A stretch of 64,000 nt of DNA from contig OZ038378.1 in NCBI GenBank assembly GCA_964036045.1, positions 158,596,001 to 158,660,000 on the forward strand, in the 5' to 3' direction. Below are positions 42,367 to 56,440 of this stretch, in pieces. The stretch is from Eutreptiella sp. 'Long Island Sound 2002' (lineage: Eukaryota; Protista; Euglenida). A program made the position numbers and the translations under genes. The notes beneath the pieces are model-generated. The model worked only from the letters and a program-made list of their open reading frames with translations, did no database searches and had not been told where the DNA came from. Position 1 is the first letter of the stretch; each line of letters opens with the position of its first letter.

Positions 42367-43695
42367 GGTGATGTGCTAAAAACAACGCCACTGAGAACAT
42401 GCAGCGCACATGCGACGAGCTGTGGGAGAAGTCCAACTGTCCCTCGGTGAGCCACAGAAGCAACAACACAAGGTCGGTATGCTTCGGGAAGCGTTCAACT
42501 CCGGCTACATGGTCCACATTGAGGCTGTGGAATGTGAGAGGACAGACCCAGTGGATGAAACCTAAGCCGAGGGGTCTACCTCACTCTGATCCCTCAGATT
42601 CCCCTTGTGCCAGGCACGCGAGTTCAGGGCCTTGGTCACGCGTGACCAGGGCTGCGTGGTTGTCACTACTCCAAACTCTGCTTCGACCTGTGCACATGTG
42701 CACCTGTTGGCAGCACCCTGGCAGACTGGTCAGCATCGTGGGCATGTGGGGGGGTGCAACACTTTTTGCGACCACGTCCCCTGGGCACTTGCCTGTGCAT
42801 GCTTGGTCCCTGTCCCTGTAGTGGGAATGCGACGCTGTCATTTTGCCGCATTCATCTATTGCCACCCTATGTTGCTCTGCCTAAGGTGATTGGGTATGAT
42901 TTCGATTATAGACTGCACTCGCAACTTGGGAGGCTGTGATAGGTTTGAGAGAAAGTCCAAGAAGGGCACCAACATTTTGTTTGAAGGCAAAAGAATCTGG
43001 CTCGGGAAAGGCGGCTCGGTACTGGCGCACTGGTAGTGGTGGTGGTCACTTGAAGAGGTCTGCACCCTGCATTCTGCATCCTGGACATACACAACGTATG
43101 ATTCATCGATTTGCGGGGATGGTGCCATGGCTCGCTGCCACCGGCACCTGCAAAGGTAACTGATAGCAATGGCAGGTGGCAAAACTGTAGTTTTTGGGAA
43201 AACTTGGGTTTCCATGTGCCCTGAATGTAGGTTGGGTGTCAAAAGTGGCAGCTTGGAATGCACCTGAGAAATGTGCGTTTTTGAGGTTTGAATAGTGAGA
43301 TTCTCGTGCTTGTACCCCCCCCCCCCTGTCCAACGAACAATTTTACCCTAAAAAACGGGAGTGTTCGTTGGCCACACAGTTCGGTGCGCACGACAATGTG
43401 CGGTAACACATCCCTAGGCACAAGGTTACCTAGCCCATTCAAAAGCACAATGAAATGGAGGCCTCCAATTAGCACTTTTTAGAGTAGAAGCCCTTGTTGC
43501 AGTCCCCCTGCATGTGGAAAAGTTGAACATGCTCCCTGGGCCTGGGGCCCTTCTTGTTCTTGGCACGGGGGCAGAGAAAGGGTGGTACCGCTTGTATAGC
43601 ACCTCCCGGCCAGGTACAAGCAGAGAATCAGTCGTGGTGGGCAATAGAGGTCCTGTAGTTGAGGGACACCATTCCCTCACAACCTGCTTTACAAA

Positions 43696-44121
43696 TTCTA
43701 TTGCCTTCGGCTGTGCACCTCAAAGAGAGGCTGACAGTCAGCCAATCAGTCAGTTAGTCAAGCAAGCAGTCAATCAGACAGTCAGTTGGGCCAGCAGGCA
43801 GGCAAACAGAAACACACAGTTTGGGTTTTTTCATCCGCGGACTCGGCTACAAGCAGCTGGGAGCACATCAACCATTGGAACAAGCAATGGTCAAATGGTA
43901 ATGCAGCCAACTGCTGACATGCAGGTTGGTGATTCGATTCCTGGCCGCCTCAGAATCCAAAAATCCATTGGGGGGTCGTTTTATTGGGCAAAATAATGAT
44001 TTTACAAGGGGTTGGACATCCAATATCATGCCTTGGGGTGTACTGCGCGAATGAACCCCCAAAAGGGGGGGTATACGACGCACGCACCTACGCTTGATCT
44101 AACAACCTCTCTTGGAGGTGA
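43696..44121 (-). mobile_element. Helitron-like tRNA-carrying element, copy 2 (426 bp)
   Basis: Same ends as 17806-18417 (TTCTATTGCCTTCGG...GAGGTGA), again in AAA^TTT. Confidence 0.5.
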
Positions 44122-45349
44122 TTTGCCCACCATTGCTGCAAGATCAGCAAACCTTTCGCCTGAAACCGTGGTTCTGGAGCCCGCTACCCAATTAAGTACC
44201 TCATCAATTAGGTCCTCAAAAAATACAGTCCGAATGGAAGTGTTCGCTGGGCAGTGTTCATTGGACACCGGGGGGCTTGGCCCACGAATGGTGACCCGCC
44301 AGAAACAACACAATGGGATGCCTCGATAATACCAACTATAACTTGGCTTTGCGTGTCGCCAAGGGGCAAAATAACCTTCACCGGGCACCGAAGTACCAAC
44401 GAAACACCATAGCCACCTTTCACGGTTCATGACAGCTTAAGAGCTGCAAACGGGATAACTTCAGGGCAACAACAAACATACTAAAAATGCACTGTGCGCC
44501 TATGCTACCGCACTCTCAATGCCATGTTAGCATTACATTCATCTTCCCAGAGCACTGTCGAACATAACGTCAGCCTCACTGTCTTTAACGCTGTGCAATC
44601 ACTCCTCCCCCTATCACTATTGTCGTCCTCACCACCAGGATTGGGGGTCAGGTTGTCCCTGAGCTCAGTCAGATACATATCATGCTTGGTGCCGTTGATC
44701 CCCATGTCCTCCGTCAAGGATCTACTTGGATGGCCACGCATCCCGCTGTTGCTCCTGCGGATTCCCACTGGCATAACGGCCACTCGGCTGTCCTTGCAGG
44801 TGAGGTTGACCAAATTAATCAGACACGACATGTGCCTTAGTGTCGGCGACCGTTGCAACCAAAATCAACAGGATCAAGCTATGCCCTGTGTCTAATTGAA
44901 TATGAATTCTTGCTGGTCACATCTAATTGGACAGACGCAGCGGCAGGTCTACACAGAATGCTGTGTTTCAGGGCGTGGCCATACTTGCCCCTGCGTTTAA
45001 CATTACCACCGTAACAGCAGGAAAAAATCCAATTTCTCCATGGCTCAGCTGCGTCAGATCCCTCCCACCTCCGGAACTCCTCCGCCTCCATCTTTTCCTC
45101 AATCCCCAACTCAGGACACAAAACATACTCCGTGCACAAATTGTATTCTGTATGCCAATCCCTCACCTCACTAAAACCTGTAGCAGCCGCATGCTCAGGC
45201 TAATTTATTGTCCTTCTAGTGGCCATCGACTTGCACATGCAACAGTACCTCTTGCACATATCTCTCTGGGATAACAACATAACTGCCAACACAGAGCGTT
45301 TTCAGGGGTTGGTGCCTTTGTTGCCTCGTTTCTGCCCACTGAGTGTCCC

Positions 45350-46920
45350 AAACGGGGGGGGGGGGGGGTATGTGGGGTATATTTGGAAAGCCCTTCAAAA
45401 GGGCTATTTGGAACACCCGGGTCTGTATGCTGTACTGACGACATGTCTGAGATTTTCGTCCGTTTTGGACGGCGTGTGTGCTGCCTGCTGCCTCTTTTTG
45501 TCAACAGGCTGCTACTATGTCTGTATACAAATTCACGCAACGTGCTGTTGCTTTCCCAGATGCACCACAGAAACCTTTGGTGCGCAAAAGGGCTCGCTCT
45601 GGGGGTGCAGAGTGGGTGCGTGTGACTCACGTTTTGTCTGGGTGAAATCAGGGTACAGCGAGGCCATTGCATGGCGCAAGGCCCAACTGACCAAACAGCG
45701 AAATGTGGACCTCACAACTGACGGCCTTTGGGCCATGCCCTTGAACACAGGGTGCGTGCCAGTCAAGGCACGCAGGCTGCAGGATTGGGAAAAACTGAAG
45801 AAATACAGGCAGGGGAAAAATTTAGTACAGGAAAATTTTTGTCCGGAAAAATTTAGTGTGGGAAAAATTCCGCCACAATCATCAAAAGTGATGGGGAAAA
45901 TTGCGCCACACTTTTCCATGGTGAAGGGCAAGGCCTAAGGTCGGCTCTCCTTACTGAGGGGGGCACCACTTGAGAAAAAGGTGTGATGAGGGTCTAGTTT
46001 TCTCAGATCCACACAGTTCCCCGCATTGCAAGTGGCATCCAAATTACTGATTGCTCCCAGCCGCTGACCCTGGTCATAACTCCCCAATTTAGAGTCCCCG
46101 GGAACAGCGACCTACAGAGAACGCAGTGTCAGTTGACACCGCACTCACTATTAACTGGCAACTACATGTGGTAGGCAGCCTGAAGTGCCCTGAAGGATAC
46201 AACCTTGTGTTCATCGCAGCGGTATTCACAGCCGCCAAGTAGACAACACAGATTCGAAGCAGACCATCCATCCACATGACAAATTTAATTCTGCACCCAC
46301 CTCCCCCGATCATCCCCCCCCCCCCCCAGCGTAGGGTACAAATTTTGAACTTGATGTCCAAAACAAAGTATGGGAAAAATTCCGCCACAAAAGTGATGGG
46401 GAAAATTGCGCAAGAATTGGGCGTACTAAAATTTTCCAGACAGGTTTGTTCAGCTACTAAATTTTTCCCCTGCCTGTATGTTCCCAGTCACAAGCAGGGG
46501 GATGTGTGCCCCAATGGATTCCCAGCCCTTGTGGAGAGGGGCAACAATGAGAACGACTCGGATTCAGAATAATGAGTGATCCCTGGTGCATTGGCCCGTC
46601 CTGTGCGTCGTCCCATGTACAGCTCTGTGCTCAAAACTGTGACCACCTACCCCCCCCCCCCCCAACCCATACATTTCTGAAACAGCCTTTTCTCACAGAT
46701 CTCAAAAAGCCCCTACGGAACGAATTTTTGGTGCATTGGACCAAAACGTGAGAAAACCCTGAAAAATTGCGAATTTGCGCCGTGTTGGCACATAACAGAT
46801 GTCCCTGAGAGTGGCCCGAGGGTGGGAGATATGTGTTCTCCGGATAGCTCCCACGGTGTGCATAGCCTTTCCCACAAATGACCATGCACTAACACACGGT
46901 ACCTTTTTGAGAAAATGAAC
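45350..46920 (+). repeat. ~0.9-kb dispersed element, copy 1, interrupted by a MITE (copy 2 at ~51820-54120, interrupted by hAT)
   Basis: GGAAAGCCCTTCAAAAGGGCTATTTGGAACAC, AAGGCACGCAGG.TGCAGGATTGGGAAAAA.TGAAGAAATA and CAACCCATACATTTCTGAAA are shared. Confidence 0.8.
45806..46476. mobile_element. MITE, 671 bp, 22-bp perfect TIR, TA TSD
   Basis: CAGGCAGGGGAAAAATTTAGTA / TACTAAATTTTTCCCCTGCCTG; empty site GAAGAAATATGT seen at ~52255-52266. Confidence 0.92.
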
Positions 46921-46955
46921 TCTTACCTTTTTACAAACAAAAATAACAAATTTAG

Positions 46956-46958
<3 letters not shown>

Positions 46959-47045
<87 letters not shown>
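46959..47045 (+). repeat. (AG)n microsatellite
   Basis: Direct reading. Confidence 0.95.
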
Positions 47046-47052
<7 letters not shown>

Positions 47053-49763
47053 AGAGAGGACAGGGAGAGAGCACATGACGCGTGCAACGTGGATTGTTTT
47101 GATTGGAACACTCGGGACTTACACAGTCATCGCTTGGTTGTAATTGTAATTGAGCTGATATGTCAGGACCAACGATCTAATTGCACCTTCTCACTTGCCT
47201 ATGTTCCACCCATGGCCATGCATACATGCATGCAGCATGTTCCAGCTCATGCATCTACCAACATTTAGGTTTGCAGCCCATCCACCCGTGTCTCTTCTGC
47301 TTGGCACATTGTGACATGATTGACAATGACAGGTGCAAAGGGCACTCAACTGACCAATGCATTTATGCTGTGTGCAATTGATTGATGTGACCCCTGTCAT
47401 GTTGACTGGTAGACATTGGGCATTGCCCAACACAATGACTTTGCGTTACAACCTGAGAATCAAACTACTGGTGATGAAACTTGCAAGGCCGGTGCAATTG
47501 GAGCCACATATAGGGGGTATCCTTGCACTGCATGCCACTGGACACGCACTGTGCGCTACTTCCCATGTGCCATATCTCCAACACGGAAGAAGCAACAATA
47601 TACCTGTTAAACAACAATGATGCCCCTAGTATCACAAATTATGGGTTTCTAGTACGGCTAGACGCCCAAATAGTTGCAGTGCGCGCACACTGCGTTCAGG
47701 GCACCCCAATAATCTGTGTGGATATAAATGTTTCAGAGTCATGGAAACTACCTTTGCCCTTTATTCGTGGTCACATTTGCCATGCTGGCTGTTGGTAGCC
47801 GTACAAATGGACACAGGTCGAAAAAAAAGAGGATTTTGTAGGTTTGATGACTACAGCGGCTGTGTTGTGGTGCTATTTGGCATCGCAATAGCTTTGTAGG
47901 GAAACACAGTGGAAAACAGCATGGCCATTTAAATGAATAAATAAATAAAACAACGTTGTATGGTGGGTAATACAGAATGCATGCAGTGTGATCAATAGAG
48001 CCCCTTGATTTGAAACGCGGTCAAAATGTGGTCAATTTCTCCATCCTGTATCCTCATTAAACAAGGTGACAGCTTGAGCTGGAAACAACGGAAACAACAG
48101 TTGCCGGAAACAATCTATGCCTCCGGCCCCCTGCATTGCCTCGGCGAGGCCTACGAAAGGATAGGAGGTACAAACAGGTCCACAACAGCCCTTGCCTCCA
48201 AAGAGAGAGAGTGCAGACGGATGGAAGCGACCAGCCCAATTCGTCCACAAAGAAGAGCAGCCCGGGGCCACAGGGACCTCACAGGCCCCCTGTCCCCACA
48301 CACCACACAGAGCCTCTACAGCCACAGGCCACAACAGCCTGGGCCTAGGTGTACAGCACGCAAGGCGGCATCAGACCCCGGCAATCCCCACAGGAGGAAG
48401 CAACAGCTGCGACGCCATGACATGGTAAGCACCAGCAGCAGGTCCCATCCCTGTAACTTGCACTCCCCAGTTGCAACCCATTCCCGGATTCACGCACGGA
48501 CGTGCTAGCAGGCAGCCAGCGTGCTGTAGACGTCAACACCTGACGTGAAATCCGTTGCACCCAGAGGAAGCTACCTGTCAGCTCCCCAACGTCTGGCCGA
48601 CATTCTTGACATCATTGGATTTCGTGCCAAGGACGTCGAAAAAAAAATTAGACACATGTCTCGATGGATGTGTTGCCATAACTTACAGATTCAGCAGCAG
48701 GAGAGAAACACAACTCTTCGCTGCCCCTGTCGACTTCTCACCCTCAGTCCTGAACCCATTTACCCAACGAACACGGCAAAGCTGTGATTCAAGCACCGAG
48801 CGAGGCATCCTGCTCTGGGGCGTGGGCACAAGTTAGATTAGGCAAGATTGCACCAAAGAGCAGCTTACACTGTGAAGAATTGCCCGCGGCGATCGGCTTC
48901 AGTAGCTCAAAGACTTGGGAGGGCGCGCAAGAAACCAATTCAAACAAGTGAAGCAGCAGTCACAGCAGCTCTCTCGGGTGGGAGCAGCTGCCAAAGACCA
49001 GGTCAGGTGACGTTTCATGGCAGAATGGTCCCGGTCGCAATCTCGAGTCCTCCACTGCACTGCCCCCAAAAGAAACGCGAACAAATGGTGTTCAATGTAG
49101 CGGCCTCGCAAACTGAGAGCACTGGTCTGAAAATGCAACGGGTTTGCTACGCATCATGGCATTTATAACATGCGCCGGTTTTGTCCGATTTCGACGGGCC
49201 ATGAAAATGGGGCATGATGGGACCGAAATTAGTCAAAAGTGAGTGAAACACACAGTTTTGCAAAGTTATGTTGGGCATCTGGGGATTTTAAAGCGGATTG
49301 GGGGCAAGTTATCCATCAAGCATCAGTGCCTCGACAATGAAGGAAAGAACCCAACAACAGAGGAATCACTGCAGCAATTGTCTTGCACCTCCATCTCCAC
49401 GGACTTCCACTACCCGCTGACTCTCCAGTATGCCGAGCAATGCCCAAAAGGGCTAAAAATGGCTCCGAAACTGCAGTTCACTTGAGACAGCCCCAATCAA
49501 AGATTGGACAATACGTCCGGCCACATTGCTCGAACCCAATTTCAAGGGCACAACGTACACCTGCTAAACACCTCATTTAGCCAATCCAGCGAAAGCAAAT
49601 CAGGCCGCATAGTGAGTTTTTGTTCTGAAACCGGGGGGCTGCCTGATGGTGAGGGCACTGAGTTGAATGGACTTGTGGCGCCTCAATGGAAGTAGCAACG
49701 GGGATCCACCCCGAATTCTTTAGCAGCAAATTGGTATCTCAAAACCGGGAACGATCTCACCCA

Positions 49764-49883
49764 TTATGCTTTGCTGCCTCCGAGACAAGGAGGGCTCTCG
49801 TGAAGTACACCGCTGGACGCGTTCCATTTCGCGGGGGTCTTGGTGGAAAGTGCAAGGGCATGCAGGCCATTCGTGAACTCTTC
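49764..49883 (-). CDS. bolA: BolA family protein, last exon
   Basis: CTCACTGCAG acceptor; EEFTNGLHALALSTKTPAKW...SPPCLGGSKA*; phase 0 joins the upstream exon. Confidence 0.88.
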   Translation of the reverse strand, partial: EEFTNGLHALALSTKTPAKWNASSGVLHESPPCLGGSKA

Positions 49884-49929
49884 CTGCAGTGAGAATGTTT
49901 AGAGTTTGAACCTTGGGAGAAGAAATGAT

Positions 49930-50320
49930 GATGCTGCTGCTGCTGCTGATGAGACAGAGAAAGCGACAGAGACAAAGATAAAGACAATGATAGACACAAA
50001 AACAGAGAGAGAAATTCAAGCTCGGGCACACAGACAGACTCAGGGACAGAGGCAGGGGTAGAAACAGAGACAACAACAGAGACATGGATAGGGACAGGGA
50101 CACAAACAGAGACAAAATAAGAGACAACAGGGGCAGGGACAGGATACGGGACAGAGACAGACGCAAAAAGGGATGGAGACAGTGACGAACAACGACAGAA
50201 GTAGAGATGGAGACAAGGACAGGGACAAAAAAACAAGAATGGGGACAGCAATGGGGGCAGAGACAAGAACAGAGACAAAGCAGAGGCGGAGACAAAGACA
50301 AGGGTAGGGATGGGCGCAAC
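49930..50320 (+). repeat. Degenerate (GACAGA/GAGACA)n low-complexity tract in the BolA intron
   Basis: Direct reading. Confidence 0.85.
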
Positions 50321-50605
50321 AGTACGGACAGGCACAAGTTGCAACAAGCATAGCTGGGCCCATTGCACAGCACACCACACTAGTCGTCAACGTGACTGTA
50401 TCATCCCCCCCCCCCCCCCAAGGGCCTCTGCCGTCATTCTGCATGTTTGCATGAACGGCTAGCCCAGCACATGTAGATGGAACGACCTCTTGCTACCAAA
50501 CACATAGCACTACACATGACCCTACCCTGCAGGGCAGGCTCTAACAACGAGTTGATTGGGGGGGGTCACCAGTTGGAAGGGAAAGTCCCTATGGAACAGG
50601 CATAC

Positions 50606-50800
50606 CTCCAACACATTGTTCACCATCCGGTGTTGTTCCATGATCTTCTTGCCTTCGAACAACTCTGATACAACGAGTACTTTGAAATGTGTCTCAGAGT
50701 CCCGAGGAACATTGTGCTTGTGGCTTTCGTTGACCACTTCCAAGTGGATTGGTGCAAAAGCGGCACGAATTTTTTCTTCAATTGCACCCTGCAAAGACAT
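50606..50800 (-). CDS. bolA: BolA family protein, first visible exon (an upstream targeting-peptide exon is possible)
   Basis: MSLQGAIEEKIRAAFAPIHLEVVNESHKHNVPRDSETHFKVLVVSELFEGKKIMEQHRMVNNVLE|GTATGC; 104 aa in total. Confidence 0.9.
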
Positions 50801-52506
50801 CTGCATAAACAAACACATGGACAAGGGCACATGAATTTGGCCCCTACACTACCCCAATGCAAACTGCGCAGGAGAGCAGAAGAGAATCGTTCAAAAATGT
50901 TGGAATCTGGGGAAACAAGTCCACCATGGAGATTGCCTGGCCAACGACCACCACAAAAAATCAAGTGAGAAAAATGTCTTTTGTGTTTGTATATTTCCAT
51001 GTCACTGACTGCACAAGATGTGCGCGTTTTTTCCTTTTTTTGGGGGAGGATTGGCCTCACAAATCGTTTCCATCAGAATAGATGATGCCCTCACTCTGAA
51101 TGCAGCTGAACAGATCTGCAAAAGGAATATGTGTGTGATGATTTGCAAACCATGTTGAGGTGCTGCGTTGCACCAGGTTGCAACTTGCTCACATGGCAGG
51201 CATTGAGCTACGTACTTTGCCAACCAATACCCCCCTTCACAGGCTTCGGCTGCGCACAGTCATGTTCTCAGTGCAGCCTCTGCTGGGCTCAAGTGCAGTC
51301 TGTACTCTATGTTATGGCTGAATACGACAGCTGAAGTATGTACACAAGACTGCCCCACATACAATGCACTCTGAGTGCGGGCCAAGTACGTGCCCTTAGC
51401 ATGTGTGGCACACTTCATTGTCTTTGGCGGCCGTTTGCACAGCCAAGTTTCACAAATGCCCATGTTGCATGCACTAGGACAGAGCGGAGCTGCTGGCCTC
51501 AAGGTCCGCAAGGGGCAATGCAGTGTTGGTGCCCTCAGGTGGGCAACGGCCTCACGAGGCAGGTGGGCGGTGCTAGCTCGAAACAGTAGAGATGGCCATG
51601 TCTAGCAATGGCCGCCACCCGTGCATCACACCCTCAACAACTGCAGATCAGTTTTGTTTGTTTGTTTGTTTGTGAGCGTTCGTGGACTGCAAATCTTTGT
51701 ATGTACAGAATCCATCTTCATCTATTGGCCGCAGGCGCCTCTCCTCACCTCATACCACACAATCAAAACGACAAGGGCACAAGAACGCCCTCCACACAAA
51801 GGTCACATATCTCTCGGGCTATATGGGGTATATTCGGAAAGCCCTTCAAAAGGGCTATTTGGAACACCCTGGGTTTGCATGCTGTACTGACGACTTGTTT
51901 CAGATTTTCGTCCGTTGCGGACGTTCCCTGTGTTGCTTGCTGCCTCTTTTTGTCACCAGGCAGCTGCCATGTCTACATACAAATTCACTCCACGGGCTGT
52001 TGCTTCCCCTGATGCACCACAAAAGCCTTTGGTGCGCAAAAGGGCTTGCTCTGGGGGAGCACATTGGGTGCGGGTGCAACGGCATGAGCCTGGTAGCTGG
52101 GCAAAAAAGCCCCGTACCTCCTGCTCACAGCCACCTGCATGCACCCACAAGGAGCACGACATTCTGACAACCGCTGAGGACACTGCTTTTGCTGCCCAGT
52201 GAACGAAGGTTGGGTGCCAGTGAAGGCACGCAGGTTGCAGGATTGGGAAAAATTGAAGAAATATGTCCCTGTCCACAAACAGGGGGATGTCTGCCCTAAT
52301 GGGGTCTCAGCCCTACCTGAAAAGGCAATGCATTTGATGACGATGGTTAAGAATAAACATGATTCAACGCCGTAGTGCCATGTTTGTGTGCACCGTCCAA
52401 TGTGTTGCGCTGTGCTGAAAAATGTGACCCCCCCCAACCCATACATTTCTGAAATGGCCTTTTGTTACAGATTTCAAAAAGTATACACATACCCCCCCGT
52501 GTGATG

Positions 52507-53943
52507 CATGGGGGGGGGGGGGAATGTGGGCGCCGGGATTGGAAAAAAATGCGGGAAAATGCGAAAAAAATGCGGAAAATGCGAGAAAAAATGCGGCATA
52601 AAATGCGGTTTTGCTAAAATGCTATAGGACTCCCAAAACCCCTATGTTTATCAAGACGCATGTTGATCTGTTGACACCATCGCTCCATCAATGTGAAGAC
52701 TACGGCCCCGGCTCAACATGCAAAGTGTGGTAGGGAAGTCTCACCCTTCTACTGTGGTTTAGGAGGAGGGGCGTTACACCCTCGGCAAGAAGCAGCAGAG
52801 CCCCAATACTGCCTCCGCCCCATACCCCATTGAAGCAACCGGCTATTGCAGCGGCGACCACGGTGCTTCCCTCGTCGGAAATGACAAAGTTGATGCGGTC
52901 CGGATGAATCTGCGCAGTGGCTAAGGAGCTCAGAAGGGCACCCGCGATCTCTTTGTGCTCCACACCCCGCTGCGGACCCTTGCCCTCGAGGAAAGCAACG
53001 TCGATGCAGAACTTCAACCGGCCTCCAACGTGGGCAATAATTGCAAGAACGGGCACCCCGCGTTCATCTGTCCACTCATCAAAAAGTAGTGTGGTGTTGC
53101 GGTTGGTAGTCTTCTTGCGAATTGCTCCTTGGTGCCCGTCAAGCACACGCTGGCCGTTGACTTCGGGGGGGGTCAGAGCTGCCTTGCGGCAAGCAACCGG
53201 CAATGGTGGTGTACTTCTGCAACCAAGCACGCACGAGGGGGTGATCCAACTTGTCCAACGGGATGCCGGCACCGGCGAAGGCAAAGACCGTATCATCAGC
53301 GGCCTTGTTCTTGTCGTTGCATGACGCCACAACGGATTGTAGGCTGGGCTGCCTCATTGCGGCTTTATGAGGTAGAGCCTCTGCCTCTGCCTCTAGGCGG
53401 CGCTCGACCCGTGCCTTCTCCCTCTTCTGCATAGTCTCAACGGCCGCCTGTTGCTTTTTGGAGTCCAAATGACCTTGGACTGTGCTCTTCGTTGTGTGGC
53501 TCACGGGGCATCCACACACATCGCACCATAGTACTTCAATACCAAGATCATTGGTGCGGACACTAAGGGGATGGCCAGGGAATTGTTCCTTCCGCTTCCC
53601 GGGGCCCATGGTGCAATACTTTGCGCCGGCACCACCTCTCCCCTTACCACGTACTTTGCGGCGGGGTGGGCTATTTCCATCATCAGATGTGGGCTCAGAG
53701 GGAGGGCAATTGGAGAGCATAGCATGTGACATGTCTATGGAAAGGGAGCAATGTAACGAACAAAAGTGGCGGTGTTGGATAGGTATGCAAACACTGACTT
53801 GACTACAAGACTACCCTTTAGTTGAACTACACAATGCCACTTGAATGTTTCCTCTTGAACATTACACTAAGGGACCTGCCCAGAAAATGCGAAAAAAAAT
53901 GCGGAAAATGCGAAAAAATGCGAATCGCATCCCCCCCCCCCTG
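52507..53943 (-). mobile_element. Internally deleted hAT (CGGBP/DUF659-like) transposon
   Basis: 8-bp duplication GTGTGATG (52499-52506; 53943-53950), CA(T)GGGG...CCCCTG ends, AAAATGCG arrays; BED-like CDVC...H, FAFAGAGIPLDKLDHP, LFDEWTD and VISDEGS in two frames. Confidence 0.75.
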
Positions 53944-55295
53944 TGTGATGACATCTTTGCGCATGGAAGCAAAACTTGTAAAAAAAATCCCAAAAACGGC
54001 CAAAACGCACAAAGTTGGCACATTCTGAATGTCCCCGAGAGATATGCGCAACAGCGCACGCGGTTCTCTACTATGTCTGGGCACAATTCATGCATATTAC
54101 ATATACATGCACTACCTTGGTTCCCTTGCTAGCACAGCGTGGGCACCGCGCTGCGCTACGCCATGGCCTTCTAGGATGCGGCGGTCGTCGGCCCCCTGCT
54201 GCTTCCCAAGGGGGCCGAGCCGGGGGCGGGGGGACTTACCCACCTCAAAATATTGGCCGCAAACATGTTTCCGACGGACGTTGAACCCCTCCCCCAGCGG
54301 CGTTCCAGCCCCCTACATGGCCTTCTTTCCTCGTTAATCGCCCTCCCCCTATACAGGGGGGGGGGGGATGGGGGGGGGGCAAACCATCGCACCTATGGGC
54401 GGTTCACTAGGCCCCTGCTATAGCTGCCGAACCCCCCCCCCCTCTAGGAGGTCGTGGAGTCATCCATGTGGACTAGTGACAAGTCGCAGCCGGAAAGGGG
54501 GGGGGATGCAGGTGACGGGCCCGCCAGCCCGCTCGTCACCCTCGGGGAGCGAGTCATGGGGACGGCCCCCTAGCCAAGGTTCTGAGGCCGCAAACTGGAC
54601 GGGGGTATCACTGGGGCTAAACCCGCTAGGAAGAACTACAGTTGTGTGGGTTGATTGTGGGAGGCTTTTGCTTTCTTGGGGTGAGGCCCGGGGGCTGCAC
54701 TCGGATGGGCTTCTGTTCCCTTGTGTTCCCTGGTGAATGTGTGGAATTGGAGTAGCAATTTGTGGTTGTCTTGGCAGCGACGCCTTGGTGCCGGTGTCGC
54801 TGGCATATGATGTGGCGAGGTAGCAGCGCTGCTTGCTATGCGCAGGGGCGTAGATACGCACCCCTCCTCGCCTGATTTGAAGGTCCAGTCTGGAGCCACA
54901 AAGGTACTGAGACAGTGACCAAGTGTACTCTCCCCACTCGAAGCCACAGAACCTAGCACAACATTGCCATATAAGCCATAGACAATGCGCCAAGATGGTT
55001 CTTAGCCTCAGCCAACAGAATGCATAACCCCTCCGGGGCCATGAGGCAACGGATACTGGGCTCGCATACGCCCCCGTGTCACAGGCGCATGGTCATCACC
55101 ACACAGTTCAGTGTTTTGCCTTGCTGCACTGCAGCGCAGACCAGTTATGTACCACTCCAGGTGGCCTTTGATATTGCTGTGGCCTTGGCCAACTGTACAT
55201 CTGGGTCAGCTCGCACCCACCACCCTCCCACAGTGCCGGTTAGTCTCTAACCCTCGCTCTGTGGGTCTCTTTCTCTCTGGCCTTTCTCTCTGTGG

Positions 55296-55296
55296 G

Positions 55297-55374
<78 letters not shown>

Positions 55375-55435
55375 CTTGTCCCGCCCACTCTCTCTCTCTC
55401 TCCTTGTCCCGCCCACTCTCTCTCTCTCTCTCTCT
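55296..55435 (+). repeat. (CT)n microsatellite with a duplicated CCTTGTCCCGCCCA insert
   Basis: Direct reading. Confidence 0.9.
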
Positions 55436-56440
55436 GTGTCTCGACCTTTCTCTCTCTCCCTCTCCTCACCTTCCCCGGGGGTTTTTCTTCCTTGTCACCC
55501 TCTCCCCCTCCAACCCCTCCGGGGGCAGGTAGGGTAACCCCAATCTGGATGCCGCCTAGGCGATCCGCTTATGGTCAAACACGAGGTTTTCACTACCCCC
55601 CACAGCCCCTCAAGCTGGGACCATTGCCTCACACATGTTCAAGTATGCAAGAGTTCTTCGGCTATGTACATACAGAGGTGCTTTCGCTAGCACATGTGCA
55701 GCCTTCTCCATCTGCATTGGATGCTGTGAAACTCCTCCTAATCCTAACTCTCAGTGCTTGGGGCACCTGACAATCTAAACTGGTGATGGTACGTAAAGAA
55801 CGAAGTAATGTGCTGGCCAATGTGGGGGCTTGCCCCACCATGCCCTACCTGTGCCGTGTGTGCACTCAAGTGGGCTGTGTGATGACCTCTTACCCCGGGG
55901 CAGCGCGCAACTTGGTGCGCTTGCGCCTTGGGATGGACCTGTCACTGACATTAGTGCTATAGTCCTCCTTGTCACTAAAAAGGACACGCTCGACCGGTTC
56001 CACAAGTTTAGGGTTTGGTACTGACCGCAAGCAAAGGTAGAGGGGTTGGGAGGCCAGCGAAAGTGTTTCCTTGTCCCTGGACTTTTGGTAGCCTTCCGTC
56101 ATGAGTTCTAAGCCTAGTGCCCGCCAAACTGCCCTTGGTGATGGTGTGGCCTCAGGCAGTGGGGTCCTCAGCACAGCACAGAGTGCTGGCAAGGAAGGGG
56201 TTGGTGAAATTGTAGCGCCATCACATGAACCGTCTGTACTTTATTGGTCGGGGGTGTTGAACAATGCCATTACCATGGGGCAATCTTCGTCTATATCATA
56301 AGTGCACAGCCGTGGTCTGTAATGTTTAGCTAGAGCTGGAGCTAGAGCTGGCGGGCTTGGTTCACACAGAGGATCCGTTTTTTGTGGTGATGTGTAAAGC
56401 AAGAACAGGTGGGCTCGCCTCCCTTGTTCCGCCAGCGCAT

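Noticed and set aside
46702-55770. Long ORFs rich in SL, RE or CLC repeats (46702-47268, 49720-50444, 55111-55770)
   Set aside because: Translations of microsatellites.
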